Assembly (NCBI RefSeq): GCF_054482595.1
Contig: NZ_CM137008.1
Direction: 5' to 3' (one strand)
DNA length: 64,000 nt
The notes beneath the pieces were generated by a model. The model was not told the origin of the DNA, ran no database searches, and saw nothing but the letters and a program-made list of their open reading frames with translations. The position numbers and the translations under genes were made by a program. Positions 21,952 to 32,016 of this stretch are shown here, one piece after another. Every line of letters starts with the position of its first letter. Position 1 is the stretch's first letter.

Positions 21952-22813
21952 TTTGTGGCCAGTCTTTCTGGCTGGCGGTTCAGGGGATGTTTTCTGGTTA
22001 TCGTGTACCACAAAGCAGGGATATTGCCCCGATAGTCACATTTCAGATTGATCGCGGTCTGAAGATGTGGCACTGAGGTAACGTGCTGGTGTCACTGGTA
22101 TTGCTGAAGTTATGGTTTTTCGGGGTCAGGTGAGCCTGTTGTGTGTATGCTTTTTGTTCAGGTCAGAGGGGGACTGTGTGGACAGCGGCTTTTGTCTCCG
22201 GGCATTCACGCCTGAACGATGAATGCGATTTTCAGCAATATTTGTCTTTGTGACACTCTCTGGTTGAGAAGCTAATGCGCGCCCCTGTTTCCACAGAGAA
22301 TGAGGCTTGCCATCAGCCGAAACATCAGTATTCCACGCCATACAGACGGCGCCTGACCATGTGCTGATGCAGGTAAAATGTTTCACTACAACTGTTCGGG
22401 TTGCTATGCAACGAAACAGCGATTCTCACGATCTTTAACTGCAACGTTTTTCCGCCTGAAAGCTGACTGCCTCCTGCTGAGGTGGGAGGCTATGATTCAG
22501 TGCGTTTATAGTCTCCGGGGTATGCATGTACCGGAGCATACCATTTCTGGTGGATAACAAGCCGGCACATTCAGACTGCAGTGAAGATGGAGGCACCTGG
22601 TTGTGAAGAACGTTTCTGCCCGTGGCTGCTTCGCATCATCAATGGTATTCATACCCGCTCAGAAATGACCGGGTGCTGAAGCCCTCCGTTATCGCGCAGT
22701 ATAATGACGTATATGATCTGTGGACGAGTGAGCGGCGTGCCTGATGTACGCCGCTATTACTGTATTTTACCACAGGGCTGGTTTTCTGCTGCCAGCCCTG
22801 TGGTTCTCAGACA

Positions 22814-23431
22814 TCAACTGTGAGCGGCATCAACCGATGTACGGTATGCCATAAGCACGTACTGATCCATCAGATTTGTCAGTGGTTCACTCTGACCCTG
22901 ACGTGCAATGATCCATTGCTCCAGATCTTTTTCTGATTTGTGTTTCAGGTTTTTCGTCCAGTCGTCAAGGCTGTTTCCGGTCATTAAGTCAAGCCAGCAG
23001 AGCCAGACCAGTTTGAGACGTAACTCCGTGCCGCCAAACTGACGGAAGAGGCTGATCAGTTTGTTTGCCAGAGAATGTTGCTTCAGGCGCTCACATTCAG
23101 ACAGCAGGATCCCTTCCAGCATCGGATGATGAACCAGCAGGTGTTCGCTGGTGCATAAATTCACCACCAGATCATCATCCAGGGACGGGGAGCTCCGTTT
23201 GTCCGGACCATAAATCAGCCGGTGCAGACTCTGGGGAACGATGGCAATCTCCGGTTTTTCGCCATTGAATGACACCCACCCGGGCGTCAGATTATGGAAA
23301 TAGTAGATATTCGGATGACACACGCCCCATGATACGGCGTGCCGGGTGAAGCCGGTCAGCCATTTCTGGTAGTTTTCATGGAGCAGCTCGTAACGGGTCT
23401 GATACTGTTGTTTCATTTTCATATTCCTCAC
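22814..23431 (-). CDS. Hypothetical protein (island backbone, downstream of alpA)
   Basis: 205 aa ORF, GTG start, no recognised domain. Confidence 0.5.
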   Translation of the reverse strand: MRNMKMKQQYQTRYELLHENYQKWLTGFTRHAVSWGVCHPNIYYFHNLTPGWVSFNGEKPEIAIVPQSLHRLIYGPDKRSSPSLDDDLVVNLCTSEHLLVHHPMLEGILLSECERLKQHSLANKLISLFRQFGGTELRLKLVWLCWLDLMTGNSLDDWTKNLKHKSEKDLEQWIIARQGQSEPLTNLMDQYVLMAYRTSVDAAHS

Positions 23432-23509
23432 GGGGGATAACAGGCAGCAGAGCGCCGCCGGCAGGCCGGAGATTGCGTCTGCTGTGGGCGAAGGGTTAGT
23501 GGTTAAAAA

Positions 23510-23716
23510 TTACAGACGGGACTGTGCAATACGCGCCTGCAGCCAGGCTTCCACTTCACTTTTCAGCCAGCGGGAGCTGCGCCCCATTTTGATGGGCGCA
23601 GGAAAGCCCCCATCTTTGATGAGTTTGTCAAACCACTTATCGGTAAGGCCGGTCAGTTGAGTGATAAACGCCATGTCGACCATCTGGTCATCCATCAGCG
23701 AAACTGGGGTAGCCAT
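23510..23716 (-). CDS. alpA: AlpA-family phage transcriptional regulator/excisionase-like protein
   Basis: 68 aa from internal Met (MATPVSLMDDQMVDMAFITQLTGLTDKWF...); track ORF 23510..23920 is N-terminally extended through a poly-G tract. Confidence 0.8.
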   Translation of the reverse strand: MATPVSLMDDQMVDMAFITQLTGLTDKWFDKLIKDGGFPAPIKMGRSSRWLKSEVEAWLQARIAQSRL

Positions 23717-23880
23717 GAGAATGTTCCTCCGGATGTTGTTAAACCAGCCGGTGTGGTCATGAAAACAGCGCGCCACCTTCACCGGCATAACAACCGGGGA
23801 GAAACGTAAAAAATAATCGGGAATGTGGCTGTCCGGAGATAAACGGGGGGATTGCGATGGCAGAGCCGTAGCGGAATCCC

Positions 23881-23894
23881 GGGGGGGGGGGGGG
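23881..23894. repeat. Homopolymeric G tract (about 14 nt) upstream of alpA
   Basis: Run of 14 G on plus strand about 165 bp upstream of the alpA start. Confidence 0.6.
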
Positions 23895-24845
23895 TTGCGA
23901 AAAGATGCTTCCGCACGCACGCGCGATAAAGAGGGGATAGTTTTCGTGAGGACAGGGAGAGAAGCAGGCGTTCTGATAATTGCAGAGTTGTTTTCGGAGG
24001 TGGTTACAGTGAGTCAGCCCGTTCCTGGCGAGCAGGAGACTGATATCACCGATGGGATAAGGTTGTCTGATTGGTATTATAAATATAAGAAGTCATCAGA
24101 GAGTAACGTAAAGGATTTGCCAGAATAACCTAAGAGAGTAAATCTCTCCGGTAACAGAGCGCTGTGAAGCATTCTGTATTAGAGTGCAGATACATGAACG
24201 CTGATGCGTAAAATCAGCAGTGACACGCCAGCTCCCCCTATGCCCATTCCTGTATAAGACATGAACTGAGTGTATTAATGCTTCTGCCCTGAGACTGAGC
24301 CGGTGAGTGAGGGGCTGAGAAATCCCTCTTGACACAGCTCTAACCAGAAATACTTCCCCGGTTGTTGCGGTGCGTCCGGATCCCCGATAACGGAACACTA
24401 AGGCTGTATTGCGGGACACCGGGTAAGTAGCAGCCCGTAAGGCGTTCTGTCAACGCCAGAAAAAATGATTTCCCACACGCGTTATAGACTCACTCCTGTG
24501 GACCTGGAAGCCCGTAACTCTGCGGTTGCCCACTGACTGACGGAACTGACCGCAAATTTTACGAGTGCGTGCTGGGCTTCAGTCTGGTCACCTGAGCGTT
24601 CGGTAACGGAGGCGCGGGCGGTAATAGGCTGATTTTCAGGTATTACCGGCTTACAGCGTGTGGTTGATATTGAGGGGCTGTGAGTTTCGCGTATTTGTCA
24701 GAAACCCAGACGAGTTTTCCTGTATGGGACGAAATAAGGCAGCGGCAATACCTGGAAAAATTTAATATGGTATGAAGGAGAACCTGTCGGTTACGCTTAA
24801 TATACCCGGTACACTGTCAGCTCAGGGGATACATGAACCGTTATC

Positions 24846-25049
24846 TCACCAGCTACACAGTATATACACACTGACGCTGACAGTAGTCAGCAGGACCACA
24901 ATAATCAGTGCCAGCAGTATGGTAACGATACGGTCTGTATTCCGGTAATAGCCGAAGGGGTCGACAGAACCACAATACGGGCAACACACTGTATTATGAG
25001 TAATCGCGTTTCCACAGTCCCTGCACTTCTTTTTGCGTATCACCATCAC
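24846..25049 (-). CDS. Small zinc-ribbon protein with C-terminal TM helix
   Basis: 67 aa: CRDCGN...CPYCGS then hydrophobic IVTILLALIIVVLLTTVSVSVYIL. Confidence 0.4.
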   Translation of the reverse strand: MMVIRKKKCRDCGNAITHNTVCCPYCGSVDPFGYYRNTDRIVTILLALIIVVLLTTVSVSVYILCSW

Positions 25050-25209
25050 TCCCTCCTCACAGCCTTACCCGTAACCGGTTTTTTACATTAAAAAAACAAC
25101 GCTGAAAATTCAACCGTCAGTCCGGAGACGACCGTTCGGGTTATCACAGAGTGCCTGAGACAGTGTCCTGCCGGAGGTCACTTCAGGGACTCTGCGCATT
25201 TTTTACGAC

Positions 25210-25815
25210 GTGGCTATTCCGTATGAACCATACGGAGATTTAACCATGACCTACAAATACAACCCCTTCTGGCAGCAACGTATTCGTGAGACGGTGCGGC
25301 ACGCACTGAATGTTCATCCCCGCCTGACGGCATTGCGGGTTGACCTGCGTTTCCCGGATGTACCGGCAGCAACGGACGCAGCTGTGATATCCCGCTTCAT
25401 CAATGCCCTGAAAGCCCGAATCGACGCTTACCAGAAACGTAAGCATCGGGAAGGTAAACGCGTGCATCCCACAACCCTGCATTACGTCTGGGCCCGGGAG
25501 TTTGGGGAGTGCAAAGGTAAAAAACACTATCACCTGATGCTGCTGGTTAACCGGGATACCTGGTGTCGTGCCGGTGATTACCGTGCTCCGGGATCACTGG
25601 CCGGGATGATTAAACAGGCGTGGTGCAGTGCCCTGGGAGTGGATGTCGGGTGCCATGCCACGCTGGTGCATTTCCCGGCCTGGCCGGCGGTGTGGCTGGA
25701 ACGCGATGATGACACTGGCTTTCAGCAGGTGCTGGAACGTGCTGACTATCTGGCGAAGGAACATACCAAAGCTCACTGCACCGGTGAGCGCAATTTTGGC
25801 TGTAGCCGGAGTTGA
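25210..25815 (+). CDS. YfjJ/YagK-family protein (inovirus Gp2-like)
   Basis: 201 aa resembling YagK/YfjJ family of CP4 islands; alternative start MTYKYNPF at 25246. Confidence 0.65.
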   Translation: MAIPYEPYGDLTMTYKYNPFWQQRIRETVRHALNVHPRLTALRVDLRFPDVPAATDAAVISRFINALKARIDAYQKRKHREGKRVHPTTLHYVWAREFGECKGKKHYHLMLLVNRDTWCRAGDYRAPGSLAGMIKQAWCSALGVDVGCHATLVHFPAWPAVWLERDDDTGFQQVLERADYLAKEHTKAHCTGERNFGCSRS

Positions 25816-26068
25816 GCACGACTGGCGCGCCAATACCCGGCAAACCAAAAGTATGGGTTGTTGTCTGGCGGCAACGATGTATCCACTCGCCCACTGACTG
25901 TTTTTTACGTCAGTGTTCCATTGTGTGACAACCACAGTGCTGTAACAGCAACCAGCCTGCTTTACCCAAACTCCAGTCCAGATTTTAACTGAACCGCCAT
26001 TCACACCCTGACCACGCTGCCCGTACCGGGACGGCTGTTGCCTGCGTGTCGTCTGGCGGCTGAGGAAT

Positions 26069-26476
26069 ATGACTATGTACGCAAAATCCTTTATCGCTCT
26101 TGATGGCAACGGACGTCTGACGGGCGCCCGTACTGCACAGGCCGCACCTTATGCTAACTACACCTGCCACTTGTGTGGCAGTGCACTCAGATACCATCCG
26201 CAATACGACACTGAACTTCCCTGGTTTGAACACACTGACGACAGGCTGACAGAGCACGGTCAACAGTGCCCTTATGTCAGGCCGGAGCGCAGAGAAATAC
26301 AGTTGATTAAACGTCTGCAGCAATTCGTACCGGATGCCTTACCCGTGGTGCGTAAAGCCAGCTGGCACTGCAGACAATGTCACCACGATTATTATGGGGA
26401 GCGGTACTGCACACACTGCCAGACCGGAGGATTCAGTATTCCCCGGACAACTCAGGAGGAAATATGCGAATTCTGA
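26069..26476 (+). CDS. Cys/His zinc-ribbon protein, CoiA-N-terminal-like motif
   Basis: 135 aa; CHLCG...PWFEHTD and WHCRQCHH...CTHCQTG motifs. Confidence 0.5.
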   Translation: MTMYAKSFIALDGNGRLTGARTAQAAPYANYTCHLCGSALRYHPQYDTELPWFEHTDDRLTEHGQQCPYVRPERREIQLIKRLQQFVPDALPVVRKASWHCRQCHHDYYGERYCTHCQTGGFSIPRTTQEEICEF

Positions 26477-26871
26477 ACTGTTATATGGCGAATGACAGCA
26501 AAGGCCATTTTGTTACGGCGAAAGAAGCAGCGAAGCACAACCGCCAGGACGTTTTGTGCTGTGTGTCCTGTGGATGCCCGTTAACACTTCAGCGGGGCAA
26601 TGACGGACAACCACCGTGGTTTGAACATGACCAGATGACTGTCGCTGAGAAAATCCTGCTGCGATGCACCTGGCTTGACCCGGCAGAGAAAGAGGCCCGT
26701 CGTTTGCATCTGCAGGGTATGACGGTTCCGGATTATACGGTGAAGGTGAGAAAGTGGTTTTGTGTGATGTGTGACGAAAATTATGAGGGGGAAAAGTGCT
26801 GCCCGAGTTGTGGTACCGGGGTATACAGCAGGGAGGGGGGGCAGGAGGGCAACTGGAAGGATAGGAACTGA
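26464..26871 (+). CDS. Cys/His zinc-ribbon protein, tandem paralog of preceding gene
   Basis: From internal Met with RBS aggagg; CCVSCGCPL...PPWFEHDQ and WFCVMCDE...CCPSCGTG; overlaps upstream gene by 13 nt. Confidence 0.5.
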   Translation: MRILNCYMANDSKGHFVTAKEAAKHNRQDVLCCVSCGCPLTLQRGNDGQPPWFEHDQMTVAEKILLRCTWLDPAEKEARRLHLQGMTVPDYTVKVRKWFCVMCDENYEGEKCCPSCGTGVYSREGGQEGNWKDRN

Positions 26872-27099
26872 GCGGTTCAGTCGCGGAAATCAGTTGCAGA
26901 GCTGTAATGATATCTCCGGGAGTGCTGCGTTGGTAGGGGCATCCCGGGATAGAGAAATTTTAGCACTTTGCCCTGAATGATTGTAGACGTCCCGAGTACT
27001 CGTACCGGTCTGAGTTATTACAGTTAGATATTCACTTTTTCTCCCGCATACTTCACATCTGTCAACGACGGATGAAAAGTGGTTCTTCCGCAACCTGGG

Positions 27100-28800
27100 T
27101 GGAAGAAAATGGATGAAACTTTCTGGCGAACAAGGATCTAAGCTGTTTTAAGTTATGGGCAACGCAATGCACTCTCTTAAGACACTTCTACAGTTACCTT
27201 GCGGATGGCGATGCAGTCGACAAATTATTAGCTCTGACGGTATAACCCTCCATCTCCACGGAAAACGCAAAACAGCACAATGTCCTGAATGCTTTAAGCG
27301 TAGCGACTCTGTTCATAGTTGTCGTCGGCGCCGGATACAGCATCTACCCTGCTCAGGGCAGACGCTATGGCTTGTATTTTCCGTCCGCCACTGGTACTGC
27401 CGTAACCCGGCTTGTTCACGTAAAATTTTTGCCGAGTCGCTTGCTCCCTTCGCCAGTTCACACCAGCAGTCTTCACAGGCGTTACAAAATTAACAACGTC
27501 AACTGGGATTAATAGCTGGAGGTGAGGCTGGAAAACGGGCTGCAACGGCAGTGGGTCTCCGTTGCAGTGCTGATACTCTTCTTCGCAGGCTTATCAATAC
27601 CCCGGAGACGAAACAGTCAGGCGCGCCTCATGTCGGTATTGATGAGTGGGCGTGGCATCGGGGCCACTGCTGCGGTATGTTAATAGTCAATCCTGATACT
27701 CACCGTCCCCTCGTCCTGCTTCCCGGCCGTGATCAGCGTACGCTGGCGACCTGGTTCAGAAAATATCCGGAAATACAGGTTGTCTCGCGTGATCGCAGTG
27801 GAGTCTATGCGACAGCAGCACGTGAAGGTGCACCTCAGGCCAGACAGGTGGCCGATCGATGGCACCTGCTAAAAAATATTGGTGATGAGCCTGAACGAAT
27901 GATGTACAGACATATGCCTCTGATACGTCTTGTTGTCAGAGAGTTATCACTGAAGAAATCACCTGAGCCAGAAATATCTGTGCCTGTAGCATCGCTCCGT
28001 CGTCTGGAACGCCTTAAACAGCACATCCGCAAAAAACGGCATCAGCGTTGGACAGAGGTTATGGCCCTGCATAACAAGGGATGTAGTTTCAGGGAAATAT
28101 CCCGTATTACAGGCCTGTCGCGAGTGACAGTCAGTCGCTGGGTGGGTTCAGGAACATTCCCTGAAATGTCAACCAGGCCTCCAAAGCGAGGGCTTCTGGA
28201 CCCATGGAGGGAGTGGTTAAAAGAGCAACGAGAATGTGGTAATTATAACTCCGGCCGGATATGGCGGGAAATGGTGGCCAGGGGGGTTACAGGCAGTGAA
28301 ACCATCGTCAGGGATGCTGTTGCCAAATGGCATAAAGGCTGGATCCCACCGGTTACTACTGCCGCAAGACTTCCTTCAGTGTCACGGGTAAGCCGCTGGT
28401 TGATGCCCTGGAGAATAATCAGGGGTGAAGAAAATTATGCTTTCCGATTTATTAGTCTGATGTGTGAAAAAGAACCGGAGTTGAAAATAGCGCAGCAACT
28501 GGTACTCGAGTTCTACCGTATTCTGAAAACCTAAAATAAATCACAGCTAAGCAGCTGGTTCACTCGGGTCCACGAAAGCGGCTCAGCAGAACTTCGGTGC
28601 GTAGCTGCGGGGATGGAAGCTGATGCTGCGGCTATATGTGAGGCAATCAGCAGTCGCTGGAGTACTGGTGTTGTCGAAGGTCATGTAAATCGCCTGAAGG
28701 TGCTGATACGCCAGATGTATGGTCGAGCCGGACTTGAACTACTTAGGCGGAGGGTAATGAGTCCACTGGCATGAAAATCTTCACCTAGGTTGAGGAAGAG
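27100..28800 (+). mobile_element. ISL3-family insertion sequence, degenerate
   Basis: Transposase split over three frames (27155..27493, 27551..28534, C-terminal ...VNRLKVLIRQMYGRAGLELLRRRV ending about 28774). Confidence 0.6.
27155..28774 (+). pseudogene. ISL3-family transposase, frameshifted
   Basis: N-terminal zinc-finger part, DDE core and C-terminal tail lie in different frames. Confidence 0.6.
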
Positions 28801-28817
28801 CCACTTTTGCACTGTTC

Positions 28818-29146
28818 GTGACAGTATGGCCTTTATGTACTCACTTTGTTACCGGTAGCTGGATCATCACTACCGTGCCGCAAATGGTGGTGAACAGCAT
28901 CAATTGTGGAATGAATGTTGCCGAAGCGACCAATGCGCCTCGTTTCCACCATCAGTGGTTGCCGGACGAGCTGCGTGTTGAAAAGGGTTTAGTCCGGATA
29001 CGCTCAAGCTGCTGGAAGCAAAAGGTCAGAAAGTGGCGCTGAATGAGGCGATGGGCAGCACGCAAAGCATTATGGTTGGGTCGGATGGTGAGTTGTACGG
29101 CGCATCCGACTCGCGCTTGGTGGATGATTTAACGGCGGGGTATTAA
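28818..29146 (+). pseudogene. ggt: gamma-glutamyltranspeptidase 3' fragment
   Basis: ...ATNAPRFHHQWLPDELRVEKG then, in another frame, ...GSDGELYGASDSRLVDDLTAGY* matching Ggt C-terminus; about 100 codons only, frameshifted. Confidence 0.7.
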
Positions 29147-29185
29147 TTGACATCCCCCGGCGCAATGTGCCGGGGGATAATGGTT

Positions 29186-30220
29186 TTATGCGGTCAATAA
29201 TCGTCCGGGATTATCGATACAGAGTTTTTTGAGGATCGTTTTATCGACGCCGCGCTCCGCCAGATAGGCCAGAAAAACATCTGGAACAAATCCCCAGCCA
29301 TTACCGCCATTTTTAGCCCACATTTGTTTAAGGAAGACATCGTGGCTGAGAACAAGCTGATCGGCGTATCCCAACTCAATGAGATGAGCGACGGCATCGG
29401 CAGTCTCCTGCACCCCTGGCGCTATTCCCTCTTTCGGGAAGGTAATGTCTAGGCCAATCATGTCGAATTCCAGCCAGACACCTTTATCAAGCATTTTCCG
29501 CTGATACGCCACGTCTTTTCCTGACGGATCCGAGTGTGCGAGAGAGACTTTATTTGGCGAGACGCCCATTTCACCTAACACAATGTCGAGTACTTCATCA
29601 CCGCGACGAAGCCAGCCCGGCATGTGAATATTCATCGCCACATGAGGATTGTTAATCTGTGCCAGCGAGGCAGCCCGCAAGCTGTTATGCTCGGCTTCGG
29701 TAAATGTCGGTGAGACACCTATTTCACCGATCATTCCGGCACGAATATCCGTATCGCCAATCCCTTGATTCAATTCTTTATCGATCGTTGTCGCTAGTTC
29801 ATCAACCGTTTTATGAATTCTCTGGCTTTCAAATTTTTCCAGGTAGGGACCGGAGGAAGCAACAATATTCAGACCTGTTTTTAATGCGACTTCTCGTAAT
29901 GCCTGCGCATCTCGTCCGATAGACTCAGACCCTGTGGCATCAACAATGGTGCGACCACCGAGCGAGATAAAGTTATTAATTTCGAAGATCACATCTTCAA
30001 TAGGTTTGCGGTCCATATTATCAGCGCAGCAATAAGGATCGTGTTTTAATGCCCACTGGATTTCTGCCGTGACTTTTTTATCAACAAGCCGTTGTGAAAA
30101 AGGATAGCAAGGAGCATCCACAACAGAGGAAAGATCGTTGAACAGATGTTCATGAGGAAGTGTTAGCCCCATATCTTCACGGGCGACGGGGCCCGTCACA
30201 GTTTGTAGATAATCTTTCAT
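29186..30220 (-). CDS. Phosphotriesterase-family metal-dependent hydrolase
   Basis: 344 aa, PHEHL motif near N-terminus, PTE/TIM-barrel amidohydrolase features. Confidence 0.75.
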   Translation of the reverse strand: MKDYLQTVTGPVAREDMGLTLPHEHLFNDLSSVVDAPCYPFSQRLVDKKVTAEIQWALKHDPYCCADNMDRKPIEDVIFEINNFISLGGRTIVDATGSESIGRDAQALREVALKTGLNIVASSGPYLEKFESQRIHKTVDELATTIDKELNQGIGDTDIRAGMIGEIGVSPTFTEAEHNSLRAASLAQINNPHVAMNIHMPGWLRRGDEVLDIVLGEMGVSPNKVSLAHSDPSGKDVAYQRKMLDKGVWLEFDMIGLDITFPKEGIAPGVQETADAVAHLIELGYADQLVLSHDVFLKQMWAKNGGNGWGFVPDVFLAYLAERGVDKTILKKLCIDNPGRLLTA

Positions 30221-30222
30221 GA

Positions 30223-31188
30223 TTATACCTCCATTTTCTTCATTGTTTTCGAGGCTCTGTATTCCGGAATAGTGGTAACAATTGCACCGACCAGTGCAAA
30301 CAGTGTTCCGATGATCGTGACCAGATAAACGGTATTGCCCAGCGATGGAATTAATACGTCAATCAATACTGATCCCAGTAACTGGCCCGCCGTTGAAGCA
30401 ACCCCCAGCATCAGTAACCCAAGACCTCTGACCAAAATGGCCATTAAACCGATAGACATTAGTCCAAGCGGGCCGCCAAGATACATCCACCAGACATCTG
30501 GTAATTGAACAGTGACGTGCCCTAATGCGACACGAATAGCTAGCGCTGTGCCTAAAACACAAAATCCAACGATGAAATTCCAGGTGATTGAAACCAGCAT
30601 GGATCCCGTAGCTTCAGCTACTTTTGCATTTCCAGCGGGCTGCCATCCTGCAAGCAAACCAGCTAAGAACGGAAGAATGGCAAGTAAAATGAAAGAGGTA
30701 GAATGCCACTGCGGTGACACAACAAAAATCGTAGCAATAACCGCAAATAATGCACCGATGATGCGATAAGGGGTAAAGTATTTTTTCTCGTCGACACCGA
30801 TACCAAAGCGATCGCAAAGTAAACCAGACAGCAATAGCGCGGAGATCAGTGCGGTCTGAAACGTTGCGACCCCGAGTGCGCTGGCTGATGCGCCTTCAGA
30901 AAATACCACCATCGCTCCACAGAGACCGGCAAACCAGTTCCAGAGAGGAACTTTTCGGTTTTTAATCAGAGAAGGAATTGCCGCAAATTGTTGCCGGGTT
31001 TCTTTTCGCGCCATAATAATAAAAAACATCACGACTAAACCACTGGCAAAGGAGATAACTGCGCATGCATTACCGTCCTGTAACCAGTGACCTAATTGAC
31101 CATTCACCGCTGATTGCATAGGGGAGAGCATACCCGCAAGAATCGTGGCAAGCATCCATAAGGGAGTTGAGTACTTATTCTTTTTCAT
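30223..31188 (-). CDS. DMT-superfamily membrane transporter
   Basis: 321 aa, about 10 predicted TM helices, two-repeat architecture. Confidence 0.65.
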   Translation of the reverse strand: MKKNKYSTPLWMLATILAGMLSPMQSAVNGQLGHWLQDGNACAVISFASGLVVMFFIIMARKETRQQFAAIPSLIKNRKVPLWNWFAGLCGAMVVFSEGASASALGVATFQTALISALLLSGLLCDRFGIGVDEKKYFTPYRIIGALFAVIATIFVVSPQWHSTSFILLAILPFLAGLLAGWQPAGNAKVAEATGSMLVSITWNFIVGFCVLGTALAIRVALGHVTVQLPDVWWMYLGGPLGLMSIGLMAILVRGLGLLMLGVASTAGQLLGSVLIDVLIPSLGNTVYLVTIIGTLFALVGAIVTTIPEYRASKTMKKMEV

Positions 31189-31244
31189 ACATCAATCCTT
31201 CTATTATAGTAAATGGAGTAACTGGTGTTACCCCATTATTATTA

Positions 31245-32003
31245 TTATCTTGCAATATGAGTCAGTATATTTACCCACAACGCGGTATAGAACGGCCAGG
31301 ACATAAACTGCTGTGTACCCCAGTGCGGTGAACAGTCACTCATAAAGCAGGCTATTTTCCCGTTGTGATAGTTACCAAAGACCAGTAATGGATCGTTGTT
31401 TATTGTTAATACCACCTCAGCATTTTCTTTAGCGATCGCCCGGTTATAACCTAGGAAAAAAGGATATTCAGAGAACCCTTTAATAACCGGATGGTCAGGT
31501 TGTGATGGCTGTGCAATAACCCCCTCTGGTTTTTCGACACGATCGTCACCATCTAACATCGTAACCGGGAGCACATCAGCCAGAACTGTATTTTTATAAT
31601 TGGCTTTTGCTTCAATTCCCATGAATGAGAGATAGCCGCCAATCATCAATAACCCACCACCGTTATTCACATATTCTTTAATCAGTTCGAGAGCGTTTGG
31701 TTTTATGCGAAGCTGATAAAAAGTATCATTTTGTAGCAGGAAAGTATTACTACCAATATCACTAATAACGATGGCATCATATTGTTCTAACTGTGCCACA
31801 TCTTCAGGGAAGGCAATTTGTACCGTATGTGCCGGCATATAGGTGACATCTACCTGACTATTTTTCAGACATTGGAGTAACCAGGTCGCACCTTCTTCAT
31901 ATTTACTTGAGGTAAAACTGTCATATCCTTTTGAATGAATCATATGAATATGCCAGGATTCTCCAATAAAGAGCACCTTTAGTGATTTTTTGGTGTTATT
32001 CAT
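31245..32003 (-). CDS. Hypothetical cytoplasmic protein, possibly glutamine amidotransferase-like fold
   Basis: 252 aa; family call is weak, by recalled similarity only. Confidence 0.45.
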   Translation of the reverse strand: MNNTKKSLKVLFIGESWHIHMIHSKGYDSFTSSKYEEGATWLLQCLKNSQVDVTYMPAHTVQIAFPEDVAQLEQYDAIVISDIGSNTFLLQNDTFYQLRIKPNALELIKEYVNNGGGLLMIGGYLSFMGIEAKANYKNTVLADVLPVTMLDGDDRVEKPEGVIAQPSQPDHPVIKGFSEYPFFLGYNRAIAKENAEVVLTINNDPLLVFGNYHNGKIACFMSDCSPHWGTQQFMSWPFYTALWVNILTHIAR

Positions 32004-32016
32004 TCTCTGTCCCTTC

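Noticed and set aside
22770-22800. Inverted repeat cagggctgg...ccagccctg downstream of the 205-aa gene as a terminator
   Set aside because: No adjacent T-tract on either strand; too weak to annotate.
23823-24128. 101-aa plus-strand ORF translated through the poly-G tract
   Set aside because: Low-complexity translation (RGGGG), no RBS or domain; likely spurious.
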